Shown: positions 1 to 10,044 of the stretch, piece by piece
Position numbering within the stretch: position 1 is the stretch's first letter
Layout of the letters: every line of letters begins with the position of its first letter
Source of the DNA: a bacterium
GTDB lineage: Bacteria > Patescibacteriota > Minisyncoccia > Phycocordibacterales > UBA5272
Length of the DNA: 64,000 nt
Assembly: GCA_027482685.1 (NCBI GenBank)
Contig: JAIXVU010000008.1
Coordinates: 68,652-132,651 of the forward strand
Direction: 5' to 3'
Made by a program: the position numbers and the translations under genes
Notes under the pieces: model-generated
Seen by the model: only the letters and a program-made list of their open reading frames with translations
What the model was told of the DNA's origin: nothing
The model's database searches: none

Positions 1-652
1 CTGTTACCAAGCACTCGGTGTGATACATGGACTCTATCGTCCAGTACCAGGGAGATTCAAGGATTATATCGCTGTTCCTAAGCCTAATGGTTATAGATCA
101 CTACATACTACAATCTTTTCTGGATATGGTAATACTCTTGAGATACAGATACGTACACAAGATATGCATCGTGAGGCAGAATACGGTATCGCATCCCATC
201 TTTCATATAAAGAGCTAGGTAAACATGCAAGCAAAGAAGAGCTCATCAAAAAAACTGGCTGGACCAAAGAGCTCTTAGAGTGGCAAAAAGATGTAGAGCA
301 TCATCAAGATTTCATGAATAATCTAAAAACTGACTTCTTCCAAAGTCGTGTATTTGTACTCACTCCAAAAGGTGACGTGATAGATCTGCCTGAAGGGTCA
401 ACACCGATTGACTTTGCATATGCTGTTCACTCTGACATCGGTGATCATATCGCTTCAGCAAAAGTAAATGGCAAGTTAGTCCCCCTTAATACACAACTCA
501 AAAACCGCGACGTGATAGAGATAGAAGTAAAAGGAAGCGCATCTCCAAAACGTAAGTGGCTAGACATTACAAAGACGACACTTGCGAAACGTCGCATCAG
601 AGCGTATATCAAAGAACACGGAACAGCGCTTGATAAATTACTCACAAGGTAA
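1..652 (+). CDS. rel: RelA/SpoT (p)ppGpp synthetase/hydrolase, C-terminal part (5' end outside window)
   Basis: Synthetase motifs KPNGYRSLHT and EIQIRT..MH..AEYG.ASH, followed by a TGS domain (TPKGDVIDLPEGSTPIDFAYAVHSDIG). Ends without an ACT domain. Confidence 0.93.
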   Translation, partial: CYQALGVIHGLYRPVPGRFKDYIAVPKPNGYRSLHTTIFSGYGNTLEIQIRTQDMHREAEYGIASHLSYKELGKHASKEELIKKTGWTKELLEWQKDVEHHQDFMNNLKTDFFQSRVFVLTPKGDVIDLPEGSTPIDFAYAVHSDIGDHIASAKVNGKLVPLNTQLKNRDVIEIEVKGSASPKRKWLDITKTTLAKRRIRAYIKEHGTALDKLLTR

Positions 653-803
653 ATAAATGTAGTGCGTAGCTGGTGGCGTGTAGACAGATAATCTACTAAA
701 GAAGACATGCTTCACGCGCCACTATACTGTCATTTTATATAGATTCTTTTTTCTTCATATAATACAAAGGCAAGTTGTATATACTTTTTCGGCACTTAAT
801 GAT

Positions 804-1124
804 ATGATGCACATCAGATCTTTATCCATACCACTGGAACGTACTGGAAATAAAATGGCAATTACCACAACGGTTACCCCGCCTGTAATTATCAACAACA
901 TCTCTAGTTTAATCGCGTACACGATTTCAACTGGGAAGAAACCTGATCCAGATGTGATCAAACGTGTCTTAGGAAACAATTCAAAAGATGACCCCATCTT
1001 TAAAGCCATGGCAATACTACAGGATGTTGTTGGCAGTAAACATATTGCACAAATGCTCGCATCTGACCGTGGTGCGCTTGCACTACGATGCATTTTTGAT
1101 GAAATGAACAAAGCACATTCTTAA
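804..1124 (+). CDS. Hypothetical orphan protein (start may be ATG 855)
   Basis: ORF in an intergenic gap, followed by a terminator hairpin. No recognised motif. Confidence 0.55.
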   Translation: MMHIRSLSIPLERTGNKMAITTTVTPPVIINNISSLIAYTISTGKKPDPDVIKRVLGNNSKDDPIFKAMAILQDVVGSKHIAQMLASDRGALALRCIFDEMNKAHS

Positions 1125-1144
1125 CCGTTTAACCTTATGCACAG

Positions 1145-1178
1145 AACCGCTTGAATGCAAATGCATTCAAGCGGTTTT
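1145..1178 (+). terminator. Intrinsic terminator
   Basis: AACCGCTTGAATGCA-AA-TGCATTCAAGCGGTT inverted repeat plus T-run. Confidence 0.75.
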
Positions 1179-1372
1179 CACTTATTCACTCATAATTAAT
1201 TCACAATCTAATGGCGGTATATATCCTTTTGTCATGAGATAACTATAGTAAAAGACGTACATAATTTATGAATAACATTTAAGTAGAAAAACTTTACTTT
1301 TATAAAAAATATGTTATTATGTAAAAGGTAGTCCTAGCTTCACTTCAACTTCCTTGAAAGGAAACCCTGATA

Positions 1373-1690
1373 ATGAACACTCTCTATACCCCCGTGAACC
1401 CAAAAGCTGTTGTGGACATCAAAAAACGTCTGACTGGAGACGGTCTGATGGACATCTTTCGGGAGTACCTTGCGAGGGAAGAACTCCCTGACTGGTGCAA
1501 GAAGCCAGACGGTAGCATTTTCCTCGCTGAAGTAGTGCCGAGCGGAATCGAGGAGGTCATCACAGCGATGCGAAAAAAGTACCCCAGTGAAGATGTGGTC
1601 CAGGCTCTCTTGAGCGAGCGCGCGGCGCGGTTCATGCGAATGATCATTCATCAGCTCGAGGTGAATCCTCGAGTAGACACCGAGGTCTAG
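1373..1690 (+). CDS. Hypothetical orphan protein
   Basis: ORF with GAAAGGAA upstream, higher GC than its flanks, followed by a hairpin. Confidence 0.65.
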   Translation: MNTLYTPVNPKAVVDIKKRLTGDGLMDIFREYLAREELPDWCKKPDGSIFLAEVVPSGIEEVITAMRKKYPSEDVVQALLSERAARFMRMIIHQLEVNPRVDTEV

Positions 1691-1712
1691 GACAAGCGGA
1701 AGACCTCATATG

Positions 1713-1750
1713 CAAAGGCGTAGATACCATCTGGGTATCTACGCCTTTTG
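1713..1750. terminator. Bidirectional intrinsic terminator
   Basis: AAAGGCGTAGATACC...GGTATCTACGCCTTT between convergent genes. Confidence 0.75.
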
Positions 1751-1770
1751 TTTTGTGCACATTAGAATTT

Positions 1771-2964
1771 TTATACTGTAAACTTAGAAATATTATAGAG
1801 GTCTTCGTTCTGCTCATCGCTCTTTACTTCATCAATCGATCTATCATCCCCACCAAAGGCTCCAGTATCATCGTCGCTTTCCATAATATCTATGTTCTCT
1901 GGATCTACGTTATCAAGCTCTATCGCTTCGCTAGAAGTTTGTATCGGCATCTCACTTGTAACTACAAGAGAACCCTGAACTGTTTCTTTTGGGATCTCAT
2001 GTACTATTTCTTGATGTCCAAGATGAGTGAACTCCATTGCGGTAACTGGTTTAACAGCTCGCGGACTTCCTCCTACCTCTTGTAATGTCTTCATGTCTTC
2101 ATCTTTTAACGTATCGAACATCCCCTTGTGAGTCTTCTGCTCTCCACCTTTTCTGATAGCAATAGATAGTGCGAGCAATTCCTCATGTGAAAAGTAGTCA
2201 ATCCAAATACGCCCACCTCGTTCTCGTGGCTCTATCTGTACGCGTGTGCCAAGTGTCTCTGCTAACTTCTCCTCCATATCGACAACCTCTGGTGTCATGA
2301 AGAGATCCTTCTTGCGAACTTTTTCAAATGCTATACGTCGTGCTATCTGCTCTGCCTCACGTACAGTCATCTTGCGCACCATCATTTCCTTAAAGAGTGT
2401 CATTTGTTCCTGTGGGCGATCAATGAGCATAAGCAGTGGTCGTGTATGTCCCTCTGTTATCTGACGCTTTGATAGTGCATCCAGTATATCTTGTGGAAGC
2501 ATGAGTATACGCACAGTGTTAGATACGTACTCACGACTCTTACCAACTTTTTTGCCAACTTCTGTCCAGTTGAGCTTGAACTCATCTGCAAGACGTTGGA
2601 ATGACTGTGCACGCTCTACAGCATTCAAGTCCTCACGTTGTAGATTCTCAATGATAGCAAGCTCAAGCTTCGCACGACTATCATCCCCCGTACGCACAAC
2701 GACAGGTACTTGGCTGATACCTGCGAGTTTAGAAGCACGCAATCTACGCTCTCCGGCAATGAGTTCATACTCTACTTTTATACTACCGTCAGGTAGATGC
2801 GTCTCTTGACGAGATACAACAAGTGGCTGTAGTACTCCGTACTGACGGATACTGTCTGATAGCTCGCGTAGTCTATCCTCGTCAAATTCTCGCCGTGGTT
2901 GATACGGGTTAGGTACTATCTTATCTGTCTCTATCCAAAAAATTGATGTTTCTACTTGTCCCAT
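1771..2964 (-). CDS. parB: ParB/Spo0J chromosome partitioning protein with acidic C-terminal extension
   Basis: PNPYQPRREF, GVLQPLVV, LIAGERRLRA and IIENLQREDLN motifs plus HTH. Start chosen at ATG 2964. Confidence 0.93.
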   Translation of the reverse strand: MGQVETSIFWIETDKIVPNPYQPRREFDEDRLRELSDSIRQYGVLQPLVVSRQETHLPDGSIKVEYELIAGERRLRASKLAGISQVPVVVRTGDDSRAKLELAIIENLQREDLNAVERAQSFQRLADEFKLNWTEVGKKVGKSREYVSNTVRILMLPQDILDALSKRQITEGHTRPLLMLIDRPQEQMTLFKEMMVRKMTVREAEQIARRIAFEKVRKKDLFMTPEVVDMEEKLAETLGTRVQIEPRERGGRIWIDYFSHEELLALSIAIRKGGEQKTHKGMFDTLKDEDMKTLQEVGGSPRAVKPVTAMEFTHLGHQEIVHEIPKETVQGSLVVTSEMPIQTSSEAIELDNVDPENIDIMESDDDTGAFGGDDRSIDEVKSDEQNEDLYNISKFTV

Positions 2965-3169
2965 GATGTTTCTACTTCTTATGTTAGATGAGTATAGCAT
3001 GTGAGAACTATAACGCTGTAGATAAATAGTTGCGCGTGACAAGCGTGGCTTTCTGAACTATATAGATACTCACCTTATATTAAGAATATGTATAGAAAGA
3101 CTTGAACAAGTTGTTTAAATATAAAAAGAAAACTGCCCGAAGGAAGTTTCCTTTCAGACAGAGTCAATT

Positions 3170-3560
3170 CTAGAACTTCTTATTCCAAACCTTGATTGGT
3201 GGAGTAATCAATCGCGGAGATCCATGCCGATCAACAAGATCTCTACGAAGGATGCGCATATCGAGCACAATGGAATTTGGGTACCACAACTCAGCACCTT
3301 CACAGGTATCTCTAGTCATTCCAAGAATTACACAAGAGCCGATTGAATACTCAAAGTAAGAAATAAGCTTCGTATCCCCTTCGATTTGAGCTCCATCTTT
3401 CCAGACATCTTTTTTGGGGCAAAATGAAAGCTCTCTCGGAAAAACATTTATATCGCCTAGAAAAACGTGATCCCAAGTATCGGTAAGCAAAAAGCTGCCA
3501 GAGGAAGCGGTTGGCCAAGGCTACGGCAATTGGACGACGTTGTGAAGTTGAGGTATTCAT
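3170..3560 (-). pseudogene. Orphan gene apparently split by a +1 frameshift
   Basis: GGAGAG SD plus ATG at 3560 opens one frame. The protein-like frame ending at 3170 begins only near 3490 (CTT TTT G) and has no SD-linked ATG of its own. Confidence 0.35.
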
Positions 3561-3746
3561 AACACTCTCCGTAAAGGACAAAGTTACGTTGCGTAGCGTT
3601 AAGCAATACGAACGATGTATCAACATTGACACATATACTCATACTACAATTTAAAACAGTTAGTGTCAATTTAAAAGTTCTGAAAACTTTCCTTGTTAAA
3701 AATTAAAAGTAAAATTTATTTTACCTAACAAGGCTTTCATTTCAAG

Positions 3747-3827
3747 TGCCGGAGGTGGGACTTGAACCCACACACCTTGTGATACGCGATTTTGAGTCGC
3801 GCGCGTCTACCATTCCGCCACTCCGGC
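3747..3827 (-). tRNA. tRNA-Leu(CAA)
   Basis: Minus strand GCCGGAG...CT CAA AA...GGTTCAAGTCC...CTCCGGC-A cloverleaf with long variable arm. No encoded CCA. Confidence 0.95.
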
Positions 3828-3924
3828 ATTTTTTGTGTGTATCGATTATAACACATCATTTACACATTCGCATTTATGTAGTAATGTAATCTTGGTTGTA
3901 CATATCTACTTTAGGAGTATTCTT

Positions 3925-4263
3925 ATGAAGAGAAATCTCATGCAAGTTCAATCCCCAAAAAAAGATGATGGGCATATCATCCTTCTCTTGATTACTTGTG
4001 TACATGAGTACTCAAGGTTTGCAAAGGGATTAAAAGCCCCGACCGTTGATGAAGTTCGTAACCTACTGTCGTCAGTGTATCAACGAAACATTTCTCCAAG
4101 AGGTATGAATCTTTTGATACGGCTTGCTGTTCGAAATGACCTAGTAGAAGTAGATAATGAGGAAATAATCCTAACAACAAAGGGTGCACTGCACTTCGTT
4201 TTCTCCAGTAAATATGTCATCCCGCCACAAACATCAGCATCACCGAAAGGAATATCAACGTGA
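3925..4263 (+). CDS. Hypothetical orphan protein (possible winged-helix-like)
   Basis: AGGAG SD before ATG 3925. The 'LTTKG' wing-like motif is only weak evidence. Confidence 0.55.
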   Translation: MKRNLMQVQSPKKDDGHIILLLITCVHEYSRFAKGLKAPTVDEVRNLLSSVYQRNISPRGMNLLIRLAVRNDLVEVDNEEIILTTKGALHFVFSSKYVIPPQTSASPKGIST

Positions 4264-4413
4264 GCGGAGTCCTTAAACAGCTCTCTGCTTTAAATCAAAA
4301 GATATACCTTCCTGCAACCGACCCGCGCTTCGTGCGGGTTTTCCTTTACCTTAAACATACTTCATGGTAGAGTAATGTTCTCCATTTTCGGAGTAATTAA
4401 GGAGATCCTTACA

Positions 4414-4776
4414 ATGGGTAAAAAGAGGAACGCGGTAGAGTACCGGCTTGGCACAATTCTTGTGCTCAAGCCTGACATCAACCGTGAGAAGCTTGCAACG
4501 GTTCGCGGCCGACTCGGAGCAGATCCGACGACCACCGATGAAGAGCTCATGCGGATGACCTTCATCGTCGTTGCGCCACCGACAGACACCCAAAGAAATC
4601 CACTTGGCGGTGATGGCGTGTGGGTGAAAGGGATGGCGGAAGGACGTCGCTACAATGCGGTCAATATCTGCCACAGGTATCTGACACCCGAAAAGAAGCC
4701 AGAGAAGAAGTCGATCGCCGAGAATGCTGACAGCATCTTCAGGCAAGAGACCGAGATCTCAAGCGCTGTCTCATAA
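4414..4776 (+). CDS. Hypothetical orphan protein
   Basis: AAGGAG SD before ATG 4414, GC-richer codons, hairpin at about 4827-4860. Confidence 0.65.
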   Translation: MGKKRNAVEYRLGTILVLKPDINREKLATVRGRLGADPTTTDEELMRMTFIVVAPPTDTQRNPLGGDGVWVKGMAEGRRYNAVNICHRYLTPEKKPEKKSIAENADSIFRQETEISSAVS

Positions 4777-4905
4777 CCCTCAACACTGCGTAGCATATCA
4801 AGGCTATGCAAGATTTTTAGAACAAGAGGACTGGTACTCTCGATGAGCCCAGTCCTTTTTCATATCTCTATAGAAACATTTCTTTTAGATAATCGGTATA
4901 ATCCT

Positions 4906-5136
4906 CTAGAACGCATGCTCGCTTGCATAGTCAATGATTGCATCTGACTCGCCCATGGCAACATTTGCACTTGTGTCTACAAGAAACGGCATTGTGCGTG
5001 CATTATGTGACTGCACTTCTTTTAAAAACTCTGGATTCTTTATATTTCTTTCTTCATAGACAACACTACGTTCATGAAAAACATTTTTCACCTTCGCACA
5101 ATACTCACAATTGTCTTTTGTATAAAGTAACAACAT
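4906..5136 (-). CDS. Glutaredoxin-family protein
   Basis: LYTKDNCEYCAKV (CxxC), cis-Pro loop TMPFL, and GESDAIIDY. Confidence 0.88.
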   Translation of the reverse strand: MLLLYTKDNCEYCAKVKNVFHERSVVYEERNIKNPEFLKEVQSHNARTMPFLVDTSANVAMGESDAIIDYASEHAF

Positions 5137-5177
5137 GTATTTGGAATAATTACTAATTACCCTGTAGTATATACCAT

Positions 5178-6053
5178 ATGAAAGAAGACTCTCAACCACT
5201 ACCATCTATAATCGTAGTTATTGGACCAACAGCAAGTGGTAAAAGCGACTTTGCGGTAGATCTAGCGCTACAACATAACGGAGAGATTATCTCCGCTGAT
5301 TCTCGTCAAGTATATAAAGGGTTAGATATAGGCACAGGGAAAATCACGCAACAAGAGATGAAAGGAATACCCCACCATATGATAGATGTATGTGATGTAG
5401 CAGATGTATTCTCTGTAGCTCGATATAAAAAAATCGCATCCCCTCTTATTGATGAGATACTTGCCCGTGGCAAAACACCGATTATTTGTGGAGGTACAGG
5501 GCAATACATTGATGCACTTATCTTTACTAATACATTTGCAGAAGTGCCACCAAATAGTAAACTTCGTGCAGAGCTAGAGAAAAAGAGTACACAAGAATTG
5601 TTTAATGAATTGCTCACACGTGATAAACATCGTGCAGAGGATATCGATCATAACAATAGAGTACGCCTCATACGTGCTCTTGAGATAATAGATACTCTTG
5701 GTGTTGTGCCCCGACTAACTCACCCTATTCTACGTTATAACGTTACTATGTACATCATGTCTCCAACAAAAGAACAGTTACGAATGCGCATACATACACG
5801 ATTAGAAAAAAGATTAGAAAGTAATATGTTAGACGAGGCGCGCGCCCTTCGGTCGCGCGCCATCCCGGACACTCGTATGACATCTCTTGGGCTCGAATAT
5901 GCATGGATGAATATGTATCTCAAGAATGAAATAACGTACGAGGTAATGAAAGAAAAATTATTCACTGCGATTTGGCGTTATGCAAAGAGACAGATAACCT
6001 GGAATAAAAAGTATGAATCTCTATTATTCACTCAAAAAGTTTCTTTAAAATAG
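5178..6053 (+). CDS. miaA: tRNA dimethylallyltransferase
   Basis: GPTASGKS, DSRQVYKGLDIGTGK, GGTGQY and YAKRQITW motifs. Confidence 0.96.
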   Translation: MKEDSQPLPSIIVVIGPTASGKSDFAVDLALQHNGEIISADSRQVYKGLDIGTGKITQQEMKGIPHHMIDVCDVADVFSVARYKKIASPLIDEILARGKTPIICGGTGQYIDALIFTNTFAEVPPNSKLRAELEKKSTQELFNELLTRDKHRAEDIDHNNRVRLIRALEIIDTLGVVPRLTHPILRYNVTMYIMSPTKEQLRMRIHTRLEKRLESNMLDEARALRSRAIPDTRMTSLGLEYAWMNMYLKNEITYEVMKEKLFTAIWRYAKRQITWNKKYESLLFTQKVSLK

Positions 6054-6056
6054 TAA

Positions 6057-6082
6057 AAGCCCGGCCGCAAGCGGCCGGGCTT
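6057..6082. terminator. GC-rich hairpin between convergent genes
   Basis: AAGCCCGGCCGC-AA-GCGGCCGGGCTT. Confidence 0.7.
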
Positions 6083-6102
6083 CGCCCTCTGGAAGACTGT
6101 GT

Positions 6103-6747
6103 TCAAAGGGTGCCTTTAGCAATCATCTGTGCGATTGCTCTGCGTGATTCGATTACTTTTTTCTCTTCCCCGATGAAATCCCAGAGACGAGACAGGATTG
6201 TTTCATCCCACTCAGGGTGAGCATTGATGAGGGCCACAACCTTCTTCTTGAGTCTTTCTACATCCTCCGGACGGATGCGTGGATTCTTTGCATACCACTT
6301 GCAAGAGAGAGCAACTGTTGCATCAGTCACTAGGCTCCGCTCTCGAATTGACATGAAGCATTGGTGTGCAAACCCATAACACTTCGCTTGCGTGAAGATA
6401 CTTCCAAGCACATCAAGCTCTGTGGGGCTGAAATAACTCCACACCTTTCTTGGCGAAAAAATCGTGTAGAAGAACTTTCCCCAGAAAGTAAGCAAAGTAA
6501 AGACAAGCGCCCCACCACCTCCGACGAGAATCAGAAGTAGCCTCTTGATCCCTTTCGTCTCACGCACAGCATATCCGCATGCAGAATAGAAAGAACTTGC
6601 CGTGGAAAGACATGCTTCGGTCCATTGGAACCTACAGACATAGAACAGAAATCGCCCGAGGGCGAGGATAAAAACGAGAGGGTAACGATTCGCCCAGGTT
6701 GCAAGGAACAAACGACCGCCGTGGGTCTTTTTTGCATCATTGTCCAT
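6103..6747 (-). CDS. Hypothetical membrane-associated orphan protein
   Basis: AAGGAG SD and hydrophobic segments. No recognised family. Confidence 0.65.
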   Translation of the reverse strand: MDNDAKKTHGGRLFLATWANRYPLVFILALGRFLFYVCRFQWTEACLSTASSFYSACGYAVRETKGIKRLLLILVGGGGALVFTLLTFWGKFFYTIFSPRKVWSYFSPTELDVLGSIFTQAKCYGFAHQCFMSIRERSLVTDATVALSCKWYAKNPRIRPEDVERLKKKVVALINAHPEWDETILSRLWDFIGEEKKVIESRRAIAQMIAKGTL

Positions 6748-6859
6748 GAAAAGTCTCCTTGCCTTTGCAGTTTTGGACTATCCAAAACATTCTCAAAGAC
6801 ACCTTAATTTATTATACAACTATTTAACATATATGTCAAACGGTGTTAGAATATAATAC

Positions 6860-8305
6860 ATGTCAAAATACCTCACTACCATAGGACTAGAAGTCCATGC
6901 CGAACTCCACACTAACTCTAAGATGTGGTGTGGTTGTAAGAACGACCCACGAGAGAATCGCCCTAACGTTAACATTTGCGAGGTATGTATGGCTCACCCT
7001 GGCACTCTTCCCGTAGCTAATAAGGAAGCTATTAAGAAAGTGATAACTGTAGGTACTGCGGTTGGTGCTACCATCGCAGACTTTACAGAATTTGATCGCA
7101 AAAACTACTTTTATCCAGATATTCCGAAAGGCTACCAACTATCACAATATAAACTCCCTATCGTATCTGGTGGCTCCATCAACGGGGTAGAGCTTACTCG
7201 TATCCACCTCGAAGAAGATACAGCAAGCTCATCGCATGATAATGGCACAACACTCGTTAACTATAACCGAGCTGGAGTGCCACTTATGGAACTCGTAACA
7301 GAACCTGTAGTACATTCTGCAGAGCAAGCGGGAGACTTTGCTCGTGAGTTACAACGTATCCTCCGCTATGTCGGTGCATCAGAGGCTAACATGGAAATGG
7401 GTCAGATGCGTATAGAAGCCAATATCTCTGTATCAACCGACCCGAACAAGTTCGGTACAAAAGTAGAAGTGAAGAACATCAATTCATTCGCTGCAGTTGA
7501 AAGTGCTATCAAGTACGAGGTTGAGCGTCACATAGACTTGATTGAGTCAGGAGGAAAAGTTGTACAAGAGACTCGTGGATGGGACGAGAACAAGCAAGAA
7601 ACATTCAGTCAGCGTAAAAAAGAAAATGCTCATGACTATCGTTATTTCCCAGATCCAGATTTGCCAAAATTGTATCTAAGTAAACTTTTTGATATCGAGT
7701 CAATTAAGAATTCGCTTCCAGAGTTACCGAGCGCAAAAAAAGCTCGCTATCTCTCATACAACTTAAAAGATGACGTTGTTGAAATATTGATTGATAACGT
7801 AGCGCTTGCAAGATATTTTGATAACACTATCACACACTTTGATATGTGGGATAAAGATGGCTTAAAAGAAGTATCAAAGGCTCATGTACAAGCAGCTGCT
7901 AACTATCTTATCAGTGATGTTTTAGGCCTACTTAAAAAAGAAAATAAAGAATTATCAGAGAGTACACTCCCGGCTCCAAGAACATTCTCTGTTCTCATCA
8001 ATATGACCCTAGATGGTGAACTTTCATCTCGTGGCGCGAAAGATCTTCTTCCATATGTTATGAATGGCCAAGAGATTGATATCAAAAAGCTAGCTGAAGA
8101 AAAAGGCTTGATCCAAAAAAATGACCCAGAGCTACTGAAGAAAATCGTAGCAGAAGTCCTTGCAGAAAGTGAGAAGCAAGTAGCAGAATACAAGAGTGGA
8201 AAAGAAAGTATGTTCATGTACTTCGTTGGACAGTGTATGAAGAAGAGTAAAGGCGCGGGTAACCCATCACTGTTCCAACAGTTATTAAAAGAAGCTCTCA
8301 CCTAG
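6860..8305 (+). CDS. gatB: Asp-tRNA(Asn)/Glu-tRNA(Gln) amidotransferase subunit B
   Basis: IGLEVHAEL, RKNYFYPD, HLEED, NRAGVPLMELVTEP and DYRYFPDPDL motifs. Confidence 0.97.
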   Translation: MSKYLTTIGLEVHAELHTNSKMWCGCKNDPRENRPNVNICEVCMAHPGTLPVANKEAIKKVITVGTAVGATIADFTEFDRKNYFYPDIPKGYQLSQYKLPIVSGGSINGVELTRIHLEEDTASSSHDNGTTLVNYNRAGVPLMELVTEPVVHSAEQAGDFARELQRILRYVGASEANMEMGQMRIEANISVSTDPNKFGTKVEVKNINSFAAVESAIKYEVERHIDLIESGGKVVQETRGWDENKQETFSQRKKENAHDYRYFPDPDLPKLYLSKLFDIESIKNSLPELPSAKKARYLSYNLKDDVVEILIDNVALARYFDNTITHFDMWDKDGLKEVSKAHVQAAANYLISDVLGLLKKENKELSESTLPAPRTFSVLINMTLDGELSSRGAKDLLPYVMNGQEIDIKKLAEEKGLIQKNDPELLKKIVAEVLAESEKQVAEYKSGKESMFMYFVGQCMKKSKGAGNPSLFQQLLKEALT

Positions 8306-8323
8306 TTGTATACTATAGAGACG

Positions 8324-8941
8324 ATGGAAGAACAGAATCCTTCACCAACATTCCTTAAGCGACTATTCACGAAAAGATTTACTAAAGACTTAGTATTTAG
8401 TCTTATATTCCTGTCTTTCTTTTATATGCTTACACACAACCCAATAGTACGCCCTATGTCAGAACTACCTAATGGAGTATGGAGTATAGAAATTATGCAA
8501 CATCCTCTAGTGTTTGGGCTTGCAGGACACAACTACTTGGTGTTACGAAACAGTGACCGAACTATTGTGCGTGAGTTGCATGGATTAGCCACTGATAGAG
8601 AGAAAGGTACGTGGAAGTATATTGGTGCAAAAAGTACTGACGTGCTGCAAGTATGGGAGTTTGATAGCCCGCGTAACTATCAAGCAGAGAAACGCTTCCC
8701 TCGTATCATTCTTGCACAAGGTAGCGAGCAAGCGATGTATGCTCTTTGGGCGCAAGCAGGAAGTTGTAAGGATAGAATCAATACAAAGAACACCCCCTAC
8801 CCACCACTTGGATTCTCATTGCGTAATGAGACAGAGAACTCTAACTCTGTAGCGTACACGCTTGCAAAATGCATGGGGCAAGAAGTGGAACATTTGGGAC
8901 TATTTACTCCTGGGTCAAAAACAGATTTGTTACAAAAATAA
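8324..8941 (+). CDS. Membrane-anchored hypothetical protein, possibly permuted papain-like fold
   Basis: N-terminal TM helix, GHNYL and ENSNSVA motifs. Confidence 0.65.
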   Translation: MEEQNPSPTFLKRLFTKRFTKDLVFSLIFLSFFYMLTHNPIVRPMSELPNGVWSIEIMQHPLVFGLAGHNYLVLRNSDRTIVRELHGLATDREKGTWKYIGAKSTDVLQVWEFDSPRNYQAEKRFPRIILAQGSEQAMYALWAQAGSCKDRINTKNTPYPPLGFSLRNETENSNSVAYTLAKCMGQEVEHLGLFTPGSKTDLLQK

Positions 8942-8973
8942 CTGTTCGAAAAATTGCAAATACATTTACCTGA

Positions 8974-9948
8974 CTACTTTGCATTCTTAAGTGATGCAGT
9001 AAGCACATCACCAAATAGCTTGATAGTTTCATCTTCATACAAAGATAGTGTATAAACAACTTTTGCTTTTGAGGCTTTCTTTAATTCTTTTACTTTCTTT
9101 TCTACTTCACTTGTATCTATCGTATCAGTCTTTGAAAGAACAACGATCTCATCTTTCGTAAGAAGCTTTTTATCATATGCACCGAGTTCGTTACGAATAG
9201 TCGTATACACTGCTCCAACATCATCATTCTCCGCAGATACAAGATGCACGAGCGCATGAGTGCGTGTAATATGTCGCAAGAACTTATGCCCGAGTCCCTT
9301 ACCGTCACTTGCGCCTTCAATAAGTCCTGGGATATCCGCAAGAACGTACCCGAAGTACGCACCCAAGTTAGGTTCAAGTGTTGTAAACGGATAATCTCCA
9401 ATCTTTGCTCCTGCTCGAGTAAGCGCGTTTAGAAGAGAAGACTTTCCAGCATTCGGTAATCCAATAACACCAACATCCGCGATGAGTTTAAGTTCAATAT
9501 CAAATGTTGCGAATTCTCCTTTCTCACCTTTTGTAAACTCTTCTGGTGTACGATTAGTGGAGGACTTAAAGTTCTCATTCCCTAGGCCGCCTTTTCCACC
9601 ACGCAAAATAAGGAAGTCTCCTTCTTCTGTATACTCTTTTGTAATATCATACTCACGATTATGCACCACTGATCCAATCGGTATCTGTAAGTAAAGATCC
9701 TTTGCGTCACTTCCATGCATACTACGCTTTTGCCCTGCCTCACCTTCATCTGCTGTCCAGTCTTTTTTATGTTTATACACTGCAAGTGCTTGGATATCAC
9801 GTATAACGCGAAAGTATATATCTCCTCCACGTCCACCATCTCCTCCTGCTGGTCCGCCATACGGAACACCCTTCTCGCGTCTCCAACGGACGACACCATC
9901 ACCACCTTTCCCTGCAGAGATATTGAGAGTTACGTGATCGATTAACAT
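8974..9948 (-). CDS. obgE: GTPase ObgE/CgtA
   Basis: Gly-rich Obg domain, GLPNAGKSS, YPFTTL and DIPGLIEGA. Confidence 0.97.
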   Translation of the reverse strand: MLIDHVTLNISAGKGGDGVVRWRREKGVPYGGPAGGDGGRGGDIYFRVIRDIQALAVYKHKKDWTADEGEAGQKRSMHGSDAKDLYLQIPIGSVVHNREYDITKEYTEEGDFLILRGGKGGLGNENFKSSTNRTPEEFTKGEKGEFATFDIELKLIADVGVIGLPNAGKSSLLNALTRAGAKIGDYPFTTLEPNLGAYFGYVLADIPGLIEGASDGKGLGHKFLRHITRTHALVHLVSAENDDVGAVYTTIRNELGAYDKKLLTKDEIVVLSKTDTIDTSEVEKKVKELKKASKAKVVYTLSLYEDETIKLFGDVLTASLKNAK

Positions 9949-10008
9949 GGGCTATATAATACCACATTTCCCTTTATTTTGCAAGGTTTTTATTAACTTT
10001 CTAAAAGC

Positions 10009-10036
10009 TTGCGAAGTTGTAGAAAAAGATTATAAT
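10009..10036 (+). promoter_or_regulatory. Sigma70 promoter, near-leaderless
   Basis: TTGCGA-16nt-TATAAT, 8 nt before ATG 10045. Confidence 0.6.
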
Positions 10037-10044
10037 GACCGTAT

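Noticed and set aside
1771-3170. parS site, parA or replication origin near parB
   Set aside because: I saw no TGTTTCACGTGAAACA-like palindrome, parA gene or DnaA-box cluster.
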